A stretch of DNA of 64,000 nt from Antedon mediterranea (taxonomy: Eukaryota > Animalia > Echinodermata). The notes below the pieces were generated by a model, which saw nothing but the letters and a program-made list of their open reading frames with translations, did not search any database and was not told the origin of the DNA. This document shows, in pieces, positions 42,001 through 54,663 of this stretch (positions are counted from its first letter, which is position 1; each line of letters begins with the position of its first letter). The translations under genes were made by a program, and so were the position numbers. Location: contig NC_092677.1 of NCBI RefSeq assembly GCF_964355755.1, forward strand, positions 20,854,101-20,918,100. The letters run 5' to 3'.

Positions 42001-45000
42001 TGTAATTTTCGAAAAAACTTGTTAACATAAAAACACCAAAGTGCTCAGAATACCTTCACATCGCATTTTGAGACGTTAAAGACCATTTTGTGATTTTCGA
42101 AAAAACTTGTTAACATAAAAACACCAAAGTGCTTAGAAAAGCTTGAAATCGCATTTGGAGACGTTTTAGACCATTTTGTGCATTTCGATGAAACTTGGTT
42201 ACACAAAAACATCAAAGTGCTTAAAATCACATTTTGAGCATTTCGTTAAAACTTTTCACACAAAAACATCAAAGAGTAAAAAATAGCTTAATATCGTATT
42301 TAAAAACGTTTTAGACCATTTTGAGCATTTCGACAAAATTTTTTCACACAAAACATCAAAGTGTACAGAATAGCTTTAAATCGCATTTGGAGACGTTTTA
42401 GACCATTTTGTTCATTTCGATGAAACAAAAACACAAAAACATCAAATTGCACAAAATGGCTTAATATGATATGGGAAAACGTTTTAGACCATTTTGAACA
42501 TTTCGTTAAAAGTTTTCACACAAAAACATCAAAGTCCACAAAATAGCTTAATATCGTATTTAAAAACGTTTTAGACCATTTTGAGCATTTCGAAAAAACT
42601 TTTTCACACAAAACATCAAAGTTTACAAAATAGCTTCAAATCGCATTTGGAGACGTTATAGACCATTTTGTGATTTTCGAAAAAACTTGTTAACATAAAA
42701 ACACCAAAGTGCTCAGAATACCTTCAAATCGCATTTTGAGACGTTTTAGACCATTTTGTGATTTTCGAAAAAACTTGTTAACATAAAAATACCAAAGTGC
42801 TCAGAATCGTGTTTTGAGACGTTTTAGACCATTTTGTGATTTTCGAAAAAACTTGTTAACATAAAAACACCAAAGTGCTCAGAATACCTTCAAATCGCAT
42901 TTTGAGACGTTTTAGACCATTTTGTGATTTTCGAAAAAACTTGTTAACATAAAAACACCAAAGTGCTCAGAATACCTTCAAATCGTGTTTTGAGACGTTT
43001 TAGACCATTTTGTGATTTTCGAAAAAACTTGTTAACATAAAAACACCAAAGTGCTCAGAATACCTTCAAATCGCATTTTGAGACGTTTTAGACCATTTTG
43101 TGATTTTCGAAAAAACTTGTTAACATAAAAACACCAAAGTGCTCAGAATACCTTCAAATCGTGTTTTGAGACGTTTTAGACCATTTTGTGATTTTCGAAA
43201 AAACTTGTTAACATAAAAACACCAAAGTGCTTAGAAAAGCTTCAAATCGCATTTGGAGACGTTTTAGACCATTTTGTTCATTTCGATGAAACTTGGTTAC
43301 ACAAAAACATCAAAGAGCACAAAAGATCTTAATATCGTATTTAAAAACGTTTTAGACCATTTTGAGCATTTCGAAAAAACTTTTTCACACAAAACATCAA
43401 AGTGTACAAAATAGCTTCAAATCGCATTTTGAGACGTTTTAGACAATTTTGTGATTTTCGAAAAAACTTGTTTACATAAAAACACCAAAGTGCTTAGAAA
43501 AGCTTCAAATCGCATTTGGAGACGTTTTAAACCATTTTGTTCATTTCGATGAAACTTGGTTACACAAAAACATCAAAGAGCACAAAAGTATTTAAAAACG
43601 TTTTAGACCATTTTGAGCATTCCGTCAAAACTTTTTCACACAAAACATCAAAGTGTACAGAATAGCTTTAAATCGCATTTGGAGACGTTTTAGACCATTT
43701 TGTAGTTTTTGAAAAAACTTGTTAACATAAAAACACAAAAGAGCTTCAAATCGCATTTGGAGACGTTTTAGACCCTTTTGTGCATTTCGATGAAACTTGG
43801 TTACACAAAAACATCAAAGTGCTTAAAATCACATTAGAAACCGTTTTAGACCATTTTGAGCATTTCGTTAAAACTTTTCACACAAAAACATCAAAGTCCA
43901 CAAAATAGCTTAATATGGTATTTAAAAACGTTTTAGAACATTTTGAGCATTTCAACAAAACTTTTTCTCACAAAACATCAAAGTGTACAGAATAGCTTCA
44001 AATCGAATTTGGAGACGTTTTAGACCATTTTGTGCATTTCGATGAAACTTGGTTACACAAAAACATCAAAGTGCTTAAAATCACATTTTGAGCATTTCGT
44101 TAAAACTTTTCACACAAAAACATCAAAGAGTAAAAAATAGCTTAATATCGTATTTAAAAACGTTTTAGACCATTTTGAGCATTTCGACAAAATTTTTTCA
44201 CACAAAACATCAAAGTGTACAGAATAGCTTTAAATCGCATTTGGAGACGTTTTAGACCATTTTGTTAATTTCGATGAAACAAAAACACAAAAACATCAAA
44301 TTGCACAAAATGGCTTAATATGATATGGGAAAACGTTTTAGACCATTTTGAACATTTCGTTAAAAGTTTTCACACAAAAACATCAAAGTCCACAAAATAG
44401 CTTAACATCGTATTTAAAAACGTTTTAGACCATTTTGAGCATTTCGAAAAAACTTTTTCACACAAAACATCAAAGTTTACAAAATAGCTTCAAATCGCAT
44501 TTGGAGACGTTTTAGACCATTTTGTGATTTTCGAAAAAACTTGTTAACATAAAAACACCAAAGTGCTCAGAAAAGCTTCAAATCGCATTTGGAGACGTTT
44601 TAAACCATTTTGTTCATTTCGATGAAACTTGGTTACACAAAAACATCAAAGAGCACAAAAGTATTTAAAAACGTTTTAGACCATTTTGAGCATTCCGACA
44701 AAACTTTTTCACACAAAACATCAAAGTGTACAGAATAGCTTTAAATCGCATTTGGAGACGTTTTAACCCATTTTGAGCATTTCGATAAAATTTTACAAAC
44801 AAAAACATCAAAGTGCACAAAATAGCTTAATATGGTATTTAAAAACGTTTTAGACCATTTTGAGCATTTCAACAAAACTTTTTCTCACAAAACATCAAAG
44901 TGTACAGAATAGCTTCAAATCGCATTTGGAGACGTTTTAGACCATTTTGTGCATTTCGATGAAACTTGGTTACACAAAAACATCAAAGTGCTTAAAATCA

Positions 45001-48000
45001 CATTTTGAGCATTTCGTTAAAACTTTTCACACAAAAACATCAAAGTCCACAAAATAGCTTAATATCGTATTTAAAAACGTTTTAGACCATTTTGAGCATT
45101 TCGAAAAAACTTTTCCACACAAAACATCAAAGTTTACAAAATAGCTTCAAATCGCATTTGGAGACGTTTTAGACCATTTTGTGATTTTCGTAAAAACTTG
45201 TTAACATAAAAACACCAAAGTGCTTAGAAAAGCTTCAAATCGCATTTGGAGACGTTTTAGACCATTTTGTGCATTTCGATGAAACTTGGTTACACAAAAA
45301 CATCAAAGTGCTTAAAATCACATTTTGAACATTTCGTTAAAAGTTTTCACACAAAAACATCAAAGAGTAAAAAATAGCTTAATATCGTATTTAAAAACGT
45401 TTTAGACCATTTTGAGCATTTCGAAAAAACTTTTCCACACAAAACATCAAAGTTTACAAAATAGCTTCAAATCGCATTTGGAGACGTTTTAGACCATTTT
45501 GTGATTTTCGAAAAAACTTGTTAACATAAAAACACCAAAGTGCTCAGAATACCTTCAAATCGCATTTGGAGACGTTTTAGACCATTTTGTTCATTTCGAT
45601 GAAACAAAAACACAAAAACATCAAATTGCACAAAATGGCTTAATATGATATGGGAAAACGTTTTAGACCATTTTGAACATTTCGTTAAAAGTTTTCACAC
45701 AAAAACATCAAAGTCCACAAAATAGCTTAATATCGTATTTAAAAACGTTTTAGACCATTTTGAGCATTTCAAAAAAACTTTTCCACACAAAACATCAAAG
45801 TTTACAAAATAGCTTCAAATCGCATTTGGAGACGTTTTAGACCATTTTGTGATTTTCGAAAAAACTTGTTAACATAAAAACACAAAAGTGCTCAGAATAC
45901 CTTCAAATCGCATTTGGAGACGTTTTAGACCATTTTGTGATTTTCGAAAAAACTTGTTTACATAAAAACACCAAAGTGCTTAGAAAAGCTTCAAATCGCA
46001 TTTGGAGACGTTTTAAACCATTTTGTTCATTTCGATGAAACTTGGTTACACAAAAACATCAAAGAGCACAAAAGTATTTAAAAACGTTTTAGACCATTTT
46101 GTGCATTCCGACAAAACTTTTTCACACAAAACATCAAAGTGTACAGAATAGCTTTAAATCGCATTTGGAGACGTTTTAGACCATTTTGTAGTTTTCGAAA
46201 AAACTTGTTAACATAAAAACACCAAAGAGCTTCAAATCGCATTTGGAGACGTTTTAGACCCTTTTGTGCATTTCGATGAAACTTGGTTACACAAAAACAT
46301 CAAAGTGCTTAAAATCACATTAGAAACCGTTTTAGACCATTTTGAGCATTTCGTTAAAACTTTTCACACAAAAACATCAAAGTCCACAAAATAGCTTAAT
46401 ATCGTATTTAAAAACGTTTTAGACCATTTTGAGCATTTCGAAAAAACTTTTTCACACAAAACATCAAAGTTTACAAAATAGCTTCAAATCGCATTTGGAG
46501 ACGTTTTAGACCATTTTGTGATTTTCGAAAAAACTTGTTAACATAAAAACACCAAAGTGCTCAGAATACCTTCAAATCGCATTTTGAGACGTTTTAGACC
46601 CTTTTGTGCATTTCGATGAAACTTGGTTACACAAAAACATCAAAGTGCTTAAAATCACATTAGAAACCGTTTTAGACCATTTTGAGCATTTCGTTAAAAT
46701 TTGTCACAGAAAAACATCAAAGAGCAAAAAATATCTTAATATCGTATTTAAAAACGTTTTAGACCATTTTGAGCATTTCGACAAAACTTTTTCACACAAA
46801 ACATCAAAGTGTACAAAATAGCTTCAAATCGCATTTGGAGACGTTTTAACCCATTTTGAGCATTTCGATAAAATTTTACACACAAAAACATCAAAGTGCA
46901 CAAAATAGCTTAATATGGTATTTAAAAACGTTTTAGACCATTTTGAGCATTTCAACAAAACTTTTTCTCACAAAACATCAAAGTGTACAGAATAGCTTCA
47001 AATTTCATTTGGAGACGTTTTAGACTTTTTTGTGCATTTCGATGAAACTTGGTTACACAAAAACATCAAAGTGCTTAAAATCACATTTTGAGCATTTCGT
47101 TAAAACTTTTCACACAAAAACATCAAAGTCCACAAAATAGCTTAATATCGTATTTAAAAACGTTTTAGACCATTTTGAGCATTTCGAAAAAACTTTTCCA
47201 CACAAAACATCAAAGTTTACAAAATAGCTTCAAATCGCATTTGGAGACGTTTTAGACCATTTTGTGATTTTCGAAAAAACTTGATAACATAAAAACACCA
47301 AAGTGCTCAGAATACCTTCAAATCGTGTTTTGAGACGTTTTAGACCATTTTGTAATTTTCGAAAAAACTTGTTAACATAAAAACACCAAAGTGCTCAGAA
47401 TACCTTCACATCGCATTTTGAGACGTTTTAGACCATTTTGTGATTTTCGAAAAAACTTGTTAACATAAAAACACCAAAGTGCTTAGAAAAGCTTGAAATC
47501 GCATTTGGAGACGTTTTAGACCATTTTGTGCATTTCGATGAAACTTGGTTACACAAAAACATCAAAGTGCTTAAAATCACATTTTGAGCATTTCGTTAAA
47601 ACTTTTCACACAAAAACATCAAAGAGTAAAAAATAGCTTAATATCGTATTTAAAAACGTTTTAGACCATTTTGAGCATTTCGACAAAATTTTTTCACACA
47701 AAACATCAAAGTGTACAGAATAGCTTTAAATCGCATTTGGAGACGTTTTAGACCATTTTGTTCATTTCGATGAAACAAAAAAACAAAAACATCAAATTGC
47801 ACAAAATGGCTTAATATGATATGGGAAAACGTTTTAGACCATTTTGAACATTTCGTTAAAAGTTTTCACACAAAAACATCAAAGTCCACAAAATAGCTTA
47901 ATATCGTATTTAAAAACGTTTTAGACCATTTTGAGCATTTCGAAAAAACTTTTTCACACAAAACATCAAAGTTTACAAAATAGCTTCAAATCGCATTTGG

Positions 48001-51000
48001 AGACGTTATAGACCATTTTGTGATTTTCGAAAAAACTTGTTAACATAAAAACACCAAAGTGCTCAGAATACCTTCAAATCGCATTTTGAGACGTTTTAGA
48101 CCATTTTGTGATTTTCGAAAAAACTTGTTAACATAAAAACACCAAAGTGCTCAGAATCGTGTTTTGAGACGTTTTAGACCATTTTGTGATTTTCGAAAAA
48201 ACTTGTTAACATAAAAACACCAAAGTGCTCAGAATACCTTCAAATCGCATTTTGAGACGTTTTAGACCATTTTGTGATTTTCGAAAAAACTTGTTAACAT
48301 AAAAACACCAAAGTGCTCAGAATACCTTCAAATCGTGTTTTGAGACGTTTTAGACCATTTTGTGATTTTCGAAAAAACTTGTTAACATAAAAACACCAAA
48401 GTGCTCAGAATACCTTCAAATCGCATTTTGAGACGTTTTAGACCATTTTGTGATTTTCGAAAAAACTTGTTAACATAAAAACACCAAAGTGCTCAGAATA
48501 CCTTCAAATCGTGTTTTGAGACGTTTTAGACCATTTTGTGATTTTCGAAAAAACTTGTTAACATAAAAACACCAAAGTGCTTAGAAAAGCTTCAAATCGC
48601 ATTTGGAGACGTTTTAGACCATTTTGTTCATTTCGATGAAACTTGGTTACACAAAAACATCAAAGAGCACAAAAGATCTTAATATCGTATTTAAAAACGT
48701 TTTAGACCATTTTGAGCATTTCGAAAAAACTTTTTCACACAAAACATCAAAGTGTACAAAATAGCTTCAAATCGCATTTTGAGACGTTTTAGACAATTTT
48801 GTGATTTTCGAAAAAACTTGTTTACATAAAAACACCAAAGTGCTTAGAAAAGCTTCAAATCGCATTTGGAGACGTTTTAAACCATTTTGTTCATTTCGAT
48901 GAAACTTGGTTACACAAAAACATCAAAGAGCACAAAAGTATTTAAAAACGTTTTAGACCATTTTGAGCATTCCGTCAAAACTTTTTCACACAAAACATCA
49001 AAGTGTACAGAATAGCTTTAAATCGCATTTGGAGACGTTTTAGACCATTTTGTAGTTTTCGAAAAAACTTGTTAACATAAAAACACAAAAGAGCTTCAAA
49101 TCGCATTTGGAGACGTTTTAGACCCTTTTGTGCATTTCGATGAAACTTGGTTACACAAAAACATCGAAGTGCTTAAAATCACATTAGAAACCGTTTTAGA
49201 CCATTTTGAGCATTTCGTTAAAACTTTTCACACAAAAACATCAAAGTCCACAAAATAGCTTAATATGGTATTTAAAAACGTTTTAGAACATTTTGAGCAT
49301 TTCAACAAAACTTTTTCTCACAAAACATCAAAGTGTACAGAATAGCTTCAAATCGAATTTGGAGACGTTTTAGACCATTTTGTGCATTTCGATGAAACTT
49401 GGTTACACAAAAACATCAAAGTGCTTAAAATCACATTTTGAGCATTTCGTTAAAACTTTTCACACAAAAACATCAAAGAGTAAAAAATAGCTTAATATCG
49501 TATTTAAAAACGTTTTAGACCATTTTGAGCATTTCGACAAAATTTTTTCACACAAAACATCAAAGTGTACAGAATAGCTTTAAATCGCATTTGGAGACGT
49601 TTTAGACCATTTTGTTAATTTCGATGAAACAAAAACACAAAAACATCAAATTGCACAAAATGGCTTAATATGATATGGGAAAACGTTTTAGACCATTTTG
49701 AACATTTCGTTAAAAGTTTTCACACAAAAACATCAAAGTCCACAAAATAGCTTAACATCGTATTTAAAAACGTTTTAGACCATTTTGAGAATTTCGAAAA
49801 AACTTTTTCACACAAAACATCAAAGTTTACAAAATAGCTTCAAATCGCATTTGGAGACGTTTTAGACCATTTTGTGATTTTCGAAAAAACTTGTTAACAT
49901 AAAAACACCAAAGTGCTCAGAATACCTTCAAATCGCATTTTGAGACGTTTTAGACCATTTTGTGATTTTCGAAAAAACTTGTTAACATAAAAACACCAAA
50001 GTGCTCAGAATACCTTCAAATCGTGTTTTGAGACGTTTTAGACCATTTTGTGATTTTCGAAAAAACTTGTTAACATAAAAACACCAAAGTGCTTAGAAAA
50101 GCTTCAAATCGCATTTGGAGACGTTTTAGACCATTTTGTTCATTTCGATGAAACTTGGTTACACAAAAACATCAAAGAGCACAAAAGATCTTAATATCGT
50201 ATTTAAAAACGTTTTAGACCATTTTGAGCATTTCGAAAAAACTTTTTCACACAAAACATCAAAGTGTACAAAATAGCTTCAAATCGCATTTTGAGACGTT
50301 TTAGACAATTTTGTGATTTTCGAAAAAACTTGTTTACATAAAAACACCAAAGTGCTTAGAAAAGCTTCAAATCGCATTTGGAGACGTTTTAAACCATTTT
50401 GTTCATTTCGATGAAACTTGGTTACACAAAAACATCAAAGAGCACAAAAGTATTTAAAAACGTTTTAGACCATTTTGAGCATTCCGTCAAAACTTTTTCA
50501 CACAAAACATCAAAGTGTACAGAATAGCTTTAAATCGCATTTGGAGACGTTTTAGACCATTTTGTAGTTTTCGAAAAAACTTGTTAACATAAAAACACAA
50601 AAGAGCTTCAAATCGCATTTGGAGACGTTTTAGACCCTTTTGTGCATTTCGATGAAACTTGGTTACACAAAAACATCGAAGTGCTTAAAATCACATTAGA
50701 AACCGTTTTAGACCATTTTGAGCATTTCGTTAAAACTTTTCACACAAAAACATCAAAGTCCACAAAATAGCTTAATATGGTATTTAAAAACGTTTTAGAA
50801 CATTTTGAGCATTTCAACAAAACTTTTTCTCACAAAACATCAAAGTGTACAGAATATCTTCAAATCGAATTTGGAGACGTTTTAGACCATTTTGTGCATT
50901 TCGATGAAACTTGGTTACACAAAAACATCAAAGTGCTTAAAATCACATTTTGAGCATTTCGTTAAAACTTTTCACACAAAAACATCAAAGAGTAAAAAAT

Positions 51001-53261
51001 AGCTTAATATCGTATTTAAAAACGTTTTAGACCATTTTGAGCATTTCGACAAAATTTTTTCACACAAAACATCAAAGTGTACAGAATAGCTTTAAATCGC
51101 ATTTGGAGACGTTTTAGACCATTTTGTTAATTTCGATGAAACAAAAACACAAAAACATCAAATTGCACAAAATGGCTTAATATGATATGGGAAAACGTTT
51201 TAGACCATTTTGAACATTTCGTTAAAAGTTTTCACACAAAAACATCAAAGTCCACAAAATAGCTTAACATCGTATTTAAAAACGTTTTAGACCATTTTGA
51301 GCATTTCGAAAAAACTTTTTCACACAAAACATCAAAGTTTACAAAATAGCTTCAAATCGCATTTGGAGACGTTTTAGACCATTTTGTGATTTTCGAAAAA
51401 ACTTGTTAACATAAAAACACCAAAGTGCTCAGAAAAGCTTCAAATCGCATTTGGAGACGTTTTAAACCATTTTGTTCATTTCGATGAAACTTGGTTACAC
51501 AAAAACATCAAAGAGCACAAAAGTATTTAAAAACGTTTTAGACCATTTTGAGCATTCCGACAAAACTTTTTCACACAAAACATCAAAGTGTACAGAATAG
51601 CTTTAAATCGCATTTGGAGACGTTTTAACCCATTTTGAGCATTTCGATAAAATTTTACAAACAAAAACATCAAAGTGCACAAAATAGCTTAATATGGTAT
51701 TTAAAAACGTTTTAGACCATTTTGAGCATTTCAACAAAACTTTTTCTCACAAAACATCAAAGTGTACAGAATAGCTTCAAATCGCATTTGGAGACGTTTT
51801 AGACCATTTTGTGCATTTCGATGAAACTTGGTTACACAAAAACATCAAAGTGCTTAAAATCACATTTTGAGCATTTCGTTAAAACTTTTCACACAAAAAC
51901 ATCAAAGTCCACAAAATAGCTTAATATCGTATTTAAAAACGTTTTAGACCATTTTGAGCATTTCGAAAAAACTTTTCCACACAAAACATCAAAGTTTACA
52001 AAATAGCTTCAAATCGCATTTGGAGACGTTTTAGACCATTTTGTGATTTTCGTAAAAACTTGTTAACATAAAAACACCAAAGTGCTTAGAAAAGCTTCAA
52101 ATCGCATTTGGAGACGTTTTAGACCATTTTGTGCATTTCGATGAAACTTGGTTACACAAAAACATCAAAGTGCTTAAAATCACATTTTGAACATTTCGTT
52201 AAAAGTTTTCACACAAAAACATCAAAGAGTAAAAAATAGCTTAATATCGTATTTAAAAACGTTTTAGACCATTTTGAGCATTTCGAAAAAACTTTTCCAC
52301 ACAAAACATCAAAGTTTACAAAATAGCTTCAAATCGCATTTGGAGACGTTTTAGACCATTTTGTGATTTTCGAAAAAACTTGTTAACATAAAAACACCAA
52401 AGTGCTCAGAATACCTTCAAATCGCATTTGGAGACGTTTTAGACCATTTTGTTCATTTCGATGAAACAAAAACACAAAAACATCAAATTGCACAAAATGG
52501 CTTAATATGATATGGGAAAACGTTTTAGACCATTTTGAACATTTCGTTAAAAGTTTTCACACAAAAACATCAAAGTCCACAAAATAGCTTAATATCGTAT
52601 TTAAAAACGTTTTAGACCATTTTGAGCATTTCGAAAAAACTTTTCCACACAAAACATCAAAGTTTACAAAATAGCTTCAAATCGCATTTGGAGACGTTTT
52701 AGACCATTTTGTGATTTTCGAAAAAACTTGTTAACATAAAAACACAAAAGTGCTCAGAATACCTTCAAATCGCATTTGGAGACGTTTTAGACCATTTTGT
52801 GATTTTCGAAAAAACTTGTTTACATAAAAACACCAAAGTGCTTAGAAAAGCTTCAAATCGCATTTGGAGACGTTTTAAACCATTTTGTTCATTTCGATGA
52901 AACTTGGTTACACAAAAACATCAAAGAGCACAAAAGTATTTAAAAACGTTTTAGACCATTTTGTGCATTCCGACAAAACTTTTTCACACAAAACATCAAA
53001 GTGTACAGAATAGCTTTAAATCGCATTTGGAGACGTTTTAGACCATTTTGTAGTTTTCGAAAAAACTTGTTAACATAAAAACACCAAAGAGCTTCAAATC
53101 GCATTTGGAGACGTTTTAGACCCTTTTGTGCATTTCGATGAAACTTGGTTACACAAAAACATCAAAGTGCTTAAAATCACATTAGAAACCGTTTTAGACC
53201 ATTTTGAGCATTTCGTTAAAACTTTTCACACAAAAACATCAAAGTCCACAAAATAGCTTAA
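1..53261. repeat. Tandem satellite DNA array (left segment), 87-88 bp AT-rich monomer, several monomer subtypes, irregular higher-order structure; probably centromeric/pericentromeric
   Basis: The anchor TTTTAGACCATTTTG recurs at 7, 94, 181, 269, 357 (spacing 87, 87, 88, 88). Example monomer: GACGTTTTAGACCATTTTGTGATTTTCGAAAAAACTTGTTAACATAAAAACACCAAAGTGCTCAGAATACCTTCAAATCGCATTTTGA. Orientation is the same throughout and the array runs off the window start. The centromeric assignment is inferred from array size, AT richness and higher-order repeats only. Confidence 0.98.
53258..53261. other. Left target-site duplication TTAA
   Basis: Empty-site monomers read AAAATAGC-TTAA-TATCGTATTT. Here AAAATAGC-TTAA is followed by non-satellite sequence, and TTAA-TATCGTATTT resumes at 54660. 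Confidence 0.85.
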
Positions 53262-53279
53262 AGTGGAGCTCCACCCAGA
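53262..53279 (+). repeat. Left terminal inverted repeat (18 bp)
   Basis: AGTGGAGCTCCACCCAGA; contains the perfect 12-bp palindrome GTGGAGCTCCAC at 53263-53274. Confidence 0.9.
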
Positions 53280-53560
53280 AAATTACTATATTTCATACAT
53301 TTCAACTATTATTTAAAAATATCATCCCTTATACTTCATATTTTTTTTAAATTTTTTTCAATGAGTACGATTTTCTTGAAAATCACGCCTTTTTGCGTTT
53401 TGGGGGGATACCTTGTAATTTCCTATTCTTTTACATGCAAAAGGGGGGTATATTTGAATAATCCTAAAAAATTCATTTCTTCACCAAAAAAAAAATGTAA
53501 AATGTATATTTATGTAATTTTTCCAGATCTTTCTATTTCTGGTATTTTTATCACGTATAC

Positions 53561-53646
53561 ATTGCGCAATTTTGCGTAAATAGACACTTTCCCCCGTTCG
53601 GGTCCAATTGGGTTTTTTATTTTGCTAGGGAGTACGATCACGTGAC
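53561..53646. promoter_or_regulatory. Cluster of palindromic transcription-factor-like motifs inside the transposon (possible relic promoter)
   Basis: ATTGCGCAAT at 53561-53570 (C/EBP consensus) directly followed by TTTGCGTAAA, CCAATTGG at 53604-53611, and TCACGTGA (E-box) at 53638-53645. These are motif matches only; function is not shown. Confidence 0.3.
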
Positions 53647-54641
53647 ATTTTTCACAATCACACTACTGCAGCTGGCGATCTGTTATTTTGTCGCGATGTT
53701 ATTTTTGACGGGCGAAAAGTATATTAAAACATTCTGAATGTGAGCCTATTATGTTTCACAGTGTAATAATGTGATTATGAGACTATTACTAAAATGTCAA
53801 ATTTAACGAGATTTGAGAAAGATGTGGCTATATATTCAATAAAGCTAGGCCTAGGCCTACTAGAGTGTAGGTATCATATGTACCGATGCTGCTTAGAGTG
53901 GCTTGGCCTCAGGCTCTAGCTAGGCTAGGCTGACAGCAGTGAAGTTTGTTTTGCTGTCACCCGACCTTGGCCTACCCATGGGCCATGATAGGCTGCCTGA
54001 ATAGTTGCTTTTCAGTCAGGTGTAAGCTTGCACATCGCTTTACTATTCTTTACTACTCTTGTTCTGTATAGGATTTTGTGTTTCACAATTCTTAATATGC
54101 GAGAAAACCCAGGAACGATAAATGGGGCGAAACGACCATGCCTATGAATACATAGGCCTCTAAAGGCTAGCTAGGCTGAGCAGACAGCTTAGCTAGGCCT
54201 AGCCCTAGCTTAAAGTTAAAAGCAATCTGATAAGATTATAATGCTGTTGTTGTACAGTGAAAATCATGAGGTTACATGTAAATTATACTGACATTCTTAT
54301 CGGAAATATTACTTAGGCCTAAACAAATCGTATTAATTGTGTGTATAATAAGTAAAATTTATTCCCCATTTTTCGACACATAATTTATCAAAGGGAAGAA
54401 ATTTCCACAATGCGTTGACCAGCGGCTAAAACGCGTCAGTCGCTAAGTGTAACGCGTTTCGCGACGTATTGTAAACTAATAACCTCTAAGTTACTGAAAA
54501 ACTGTAATTTGTTAAAAAACACTATTTTCTGACCGATTTTTTAGAAATGAGTTTTTGGAAAATATTTCCGTATTTTTCCTGTTTTTTATTATGTAATCAC
54601 TTTCAATTAAACATACTTAAACATAATATAAGCTGAGAAAG

Positions 54642-54659
54642 TCTGAGTGTAGCTCCACT
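54642..54659 (-). repeat. Right terminal inverted repeat (18 bp)
   Basis: TCTGAGTGTAGCTCCACT; its reverse complement matches the left TIR with 2 mismatches and the outer 9 bp are perfect. Confidence 0.9.
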
Positions 54660-54663
54660 TTAA
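54660..54663. other. Right target-site duplication TTAA
   Basis: ...AGCTCCACT-TTAA-TATCGTATTTAAAAACG, where the satellite monomer resumes in phase. Confidence 0.85.

Larger units (their letters stand above)
53262..54659. mobile_element. Non-autonomous TIR DNA transposon, 1398 bp, most likely Kolobok superfamily (TTAA TSD, 5'-AG...CT-3' ends)
   Basis: Unique sequence bounded by inverted repeats AGTGGAGCTCCACCCAGA and revcomp AGTGGAGCTACACTCAGA (16/18 identical), flanked by TTAA on both sides, with no transposase-size ORF. Established: Kolobok elements have TTAA TSDs and purine-purine 5' ends, whereas piggyBac elements have TTAA TSDs and pyrimidine (CCY) ends. Because TTAA is palindromic, a TA TSD with AAGTGG ends cannot be excluded from one copy. 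Confidence 0.9.

Noticed and set aside
53361-53579. 72-aa ORF inside the transposon
   Set aside because: It is short, crosses homopolymer A and G runs, and shows no recognisable THAP, zinc-finger or DDE features. A degraded transposase remnant would need a tBLASTx/HMM search to exclude fully.
54038-54060. 10-bp tandem CTTTACTATT/CTTTACTACT, plus a 7-bp inverted repeat GATTTTC-TT-GAAAATC at 53369-53384
   Set aside because: Both are too short to distinguish from chance in AT-rich DNA.
53262-54659. piggyBac, LTR or SINE/LINE assignment for the insertion
   Set aside because: The ends are AG...CT rather than piggyBac CCY...RGG. There are no TG...CA LTR ends, no terminal poly(A) tail and no evident Pol III A/B boxes.
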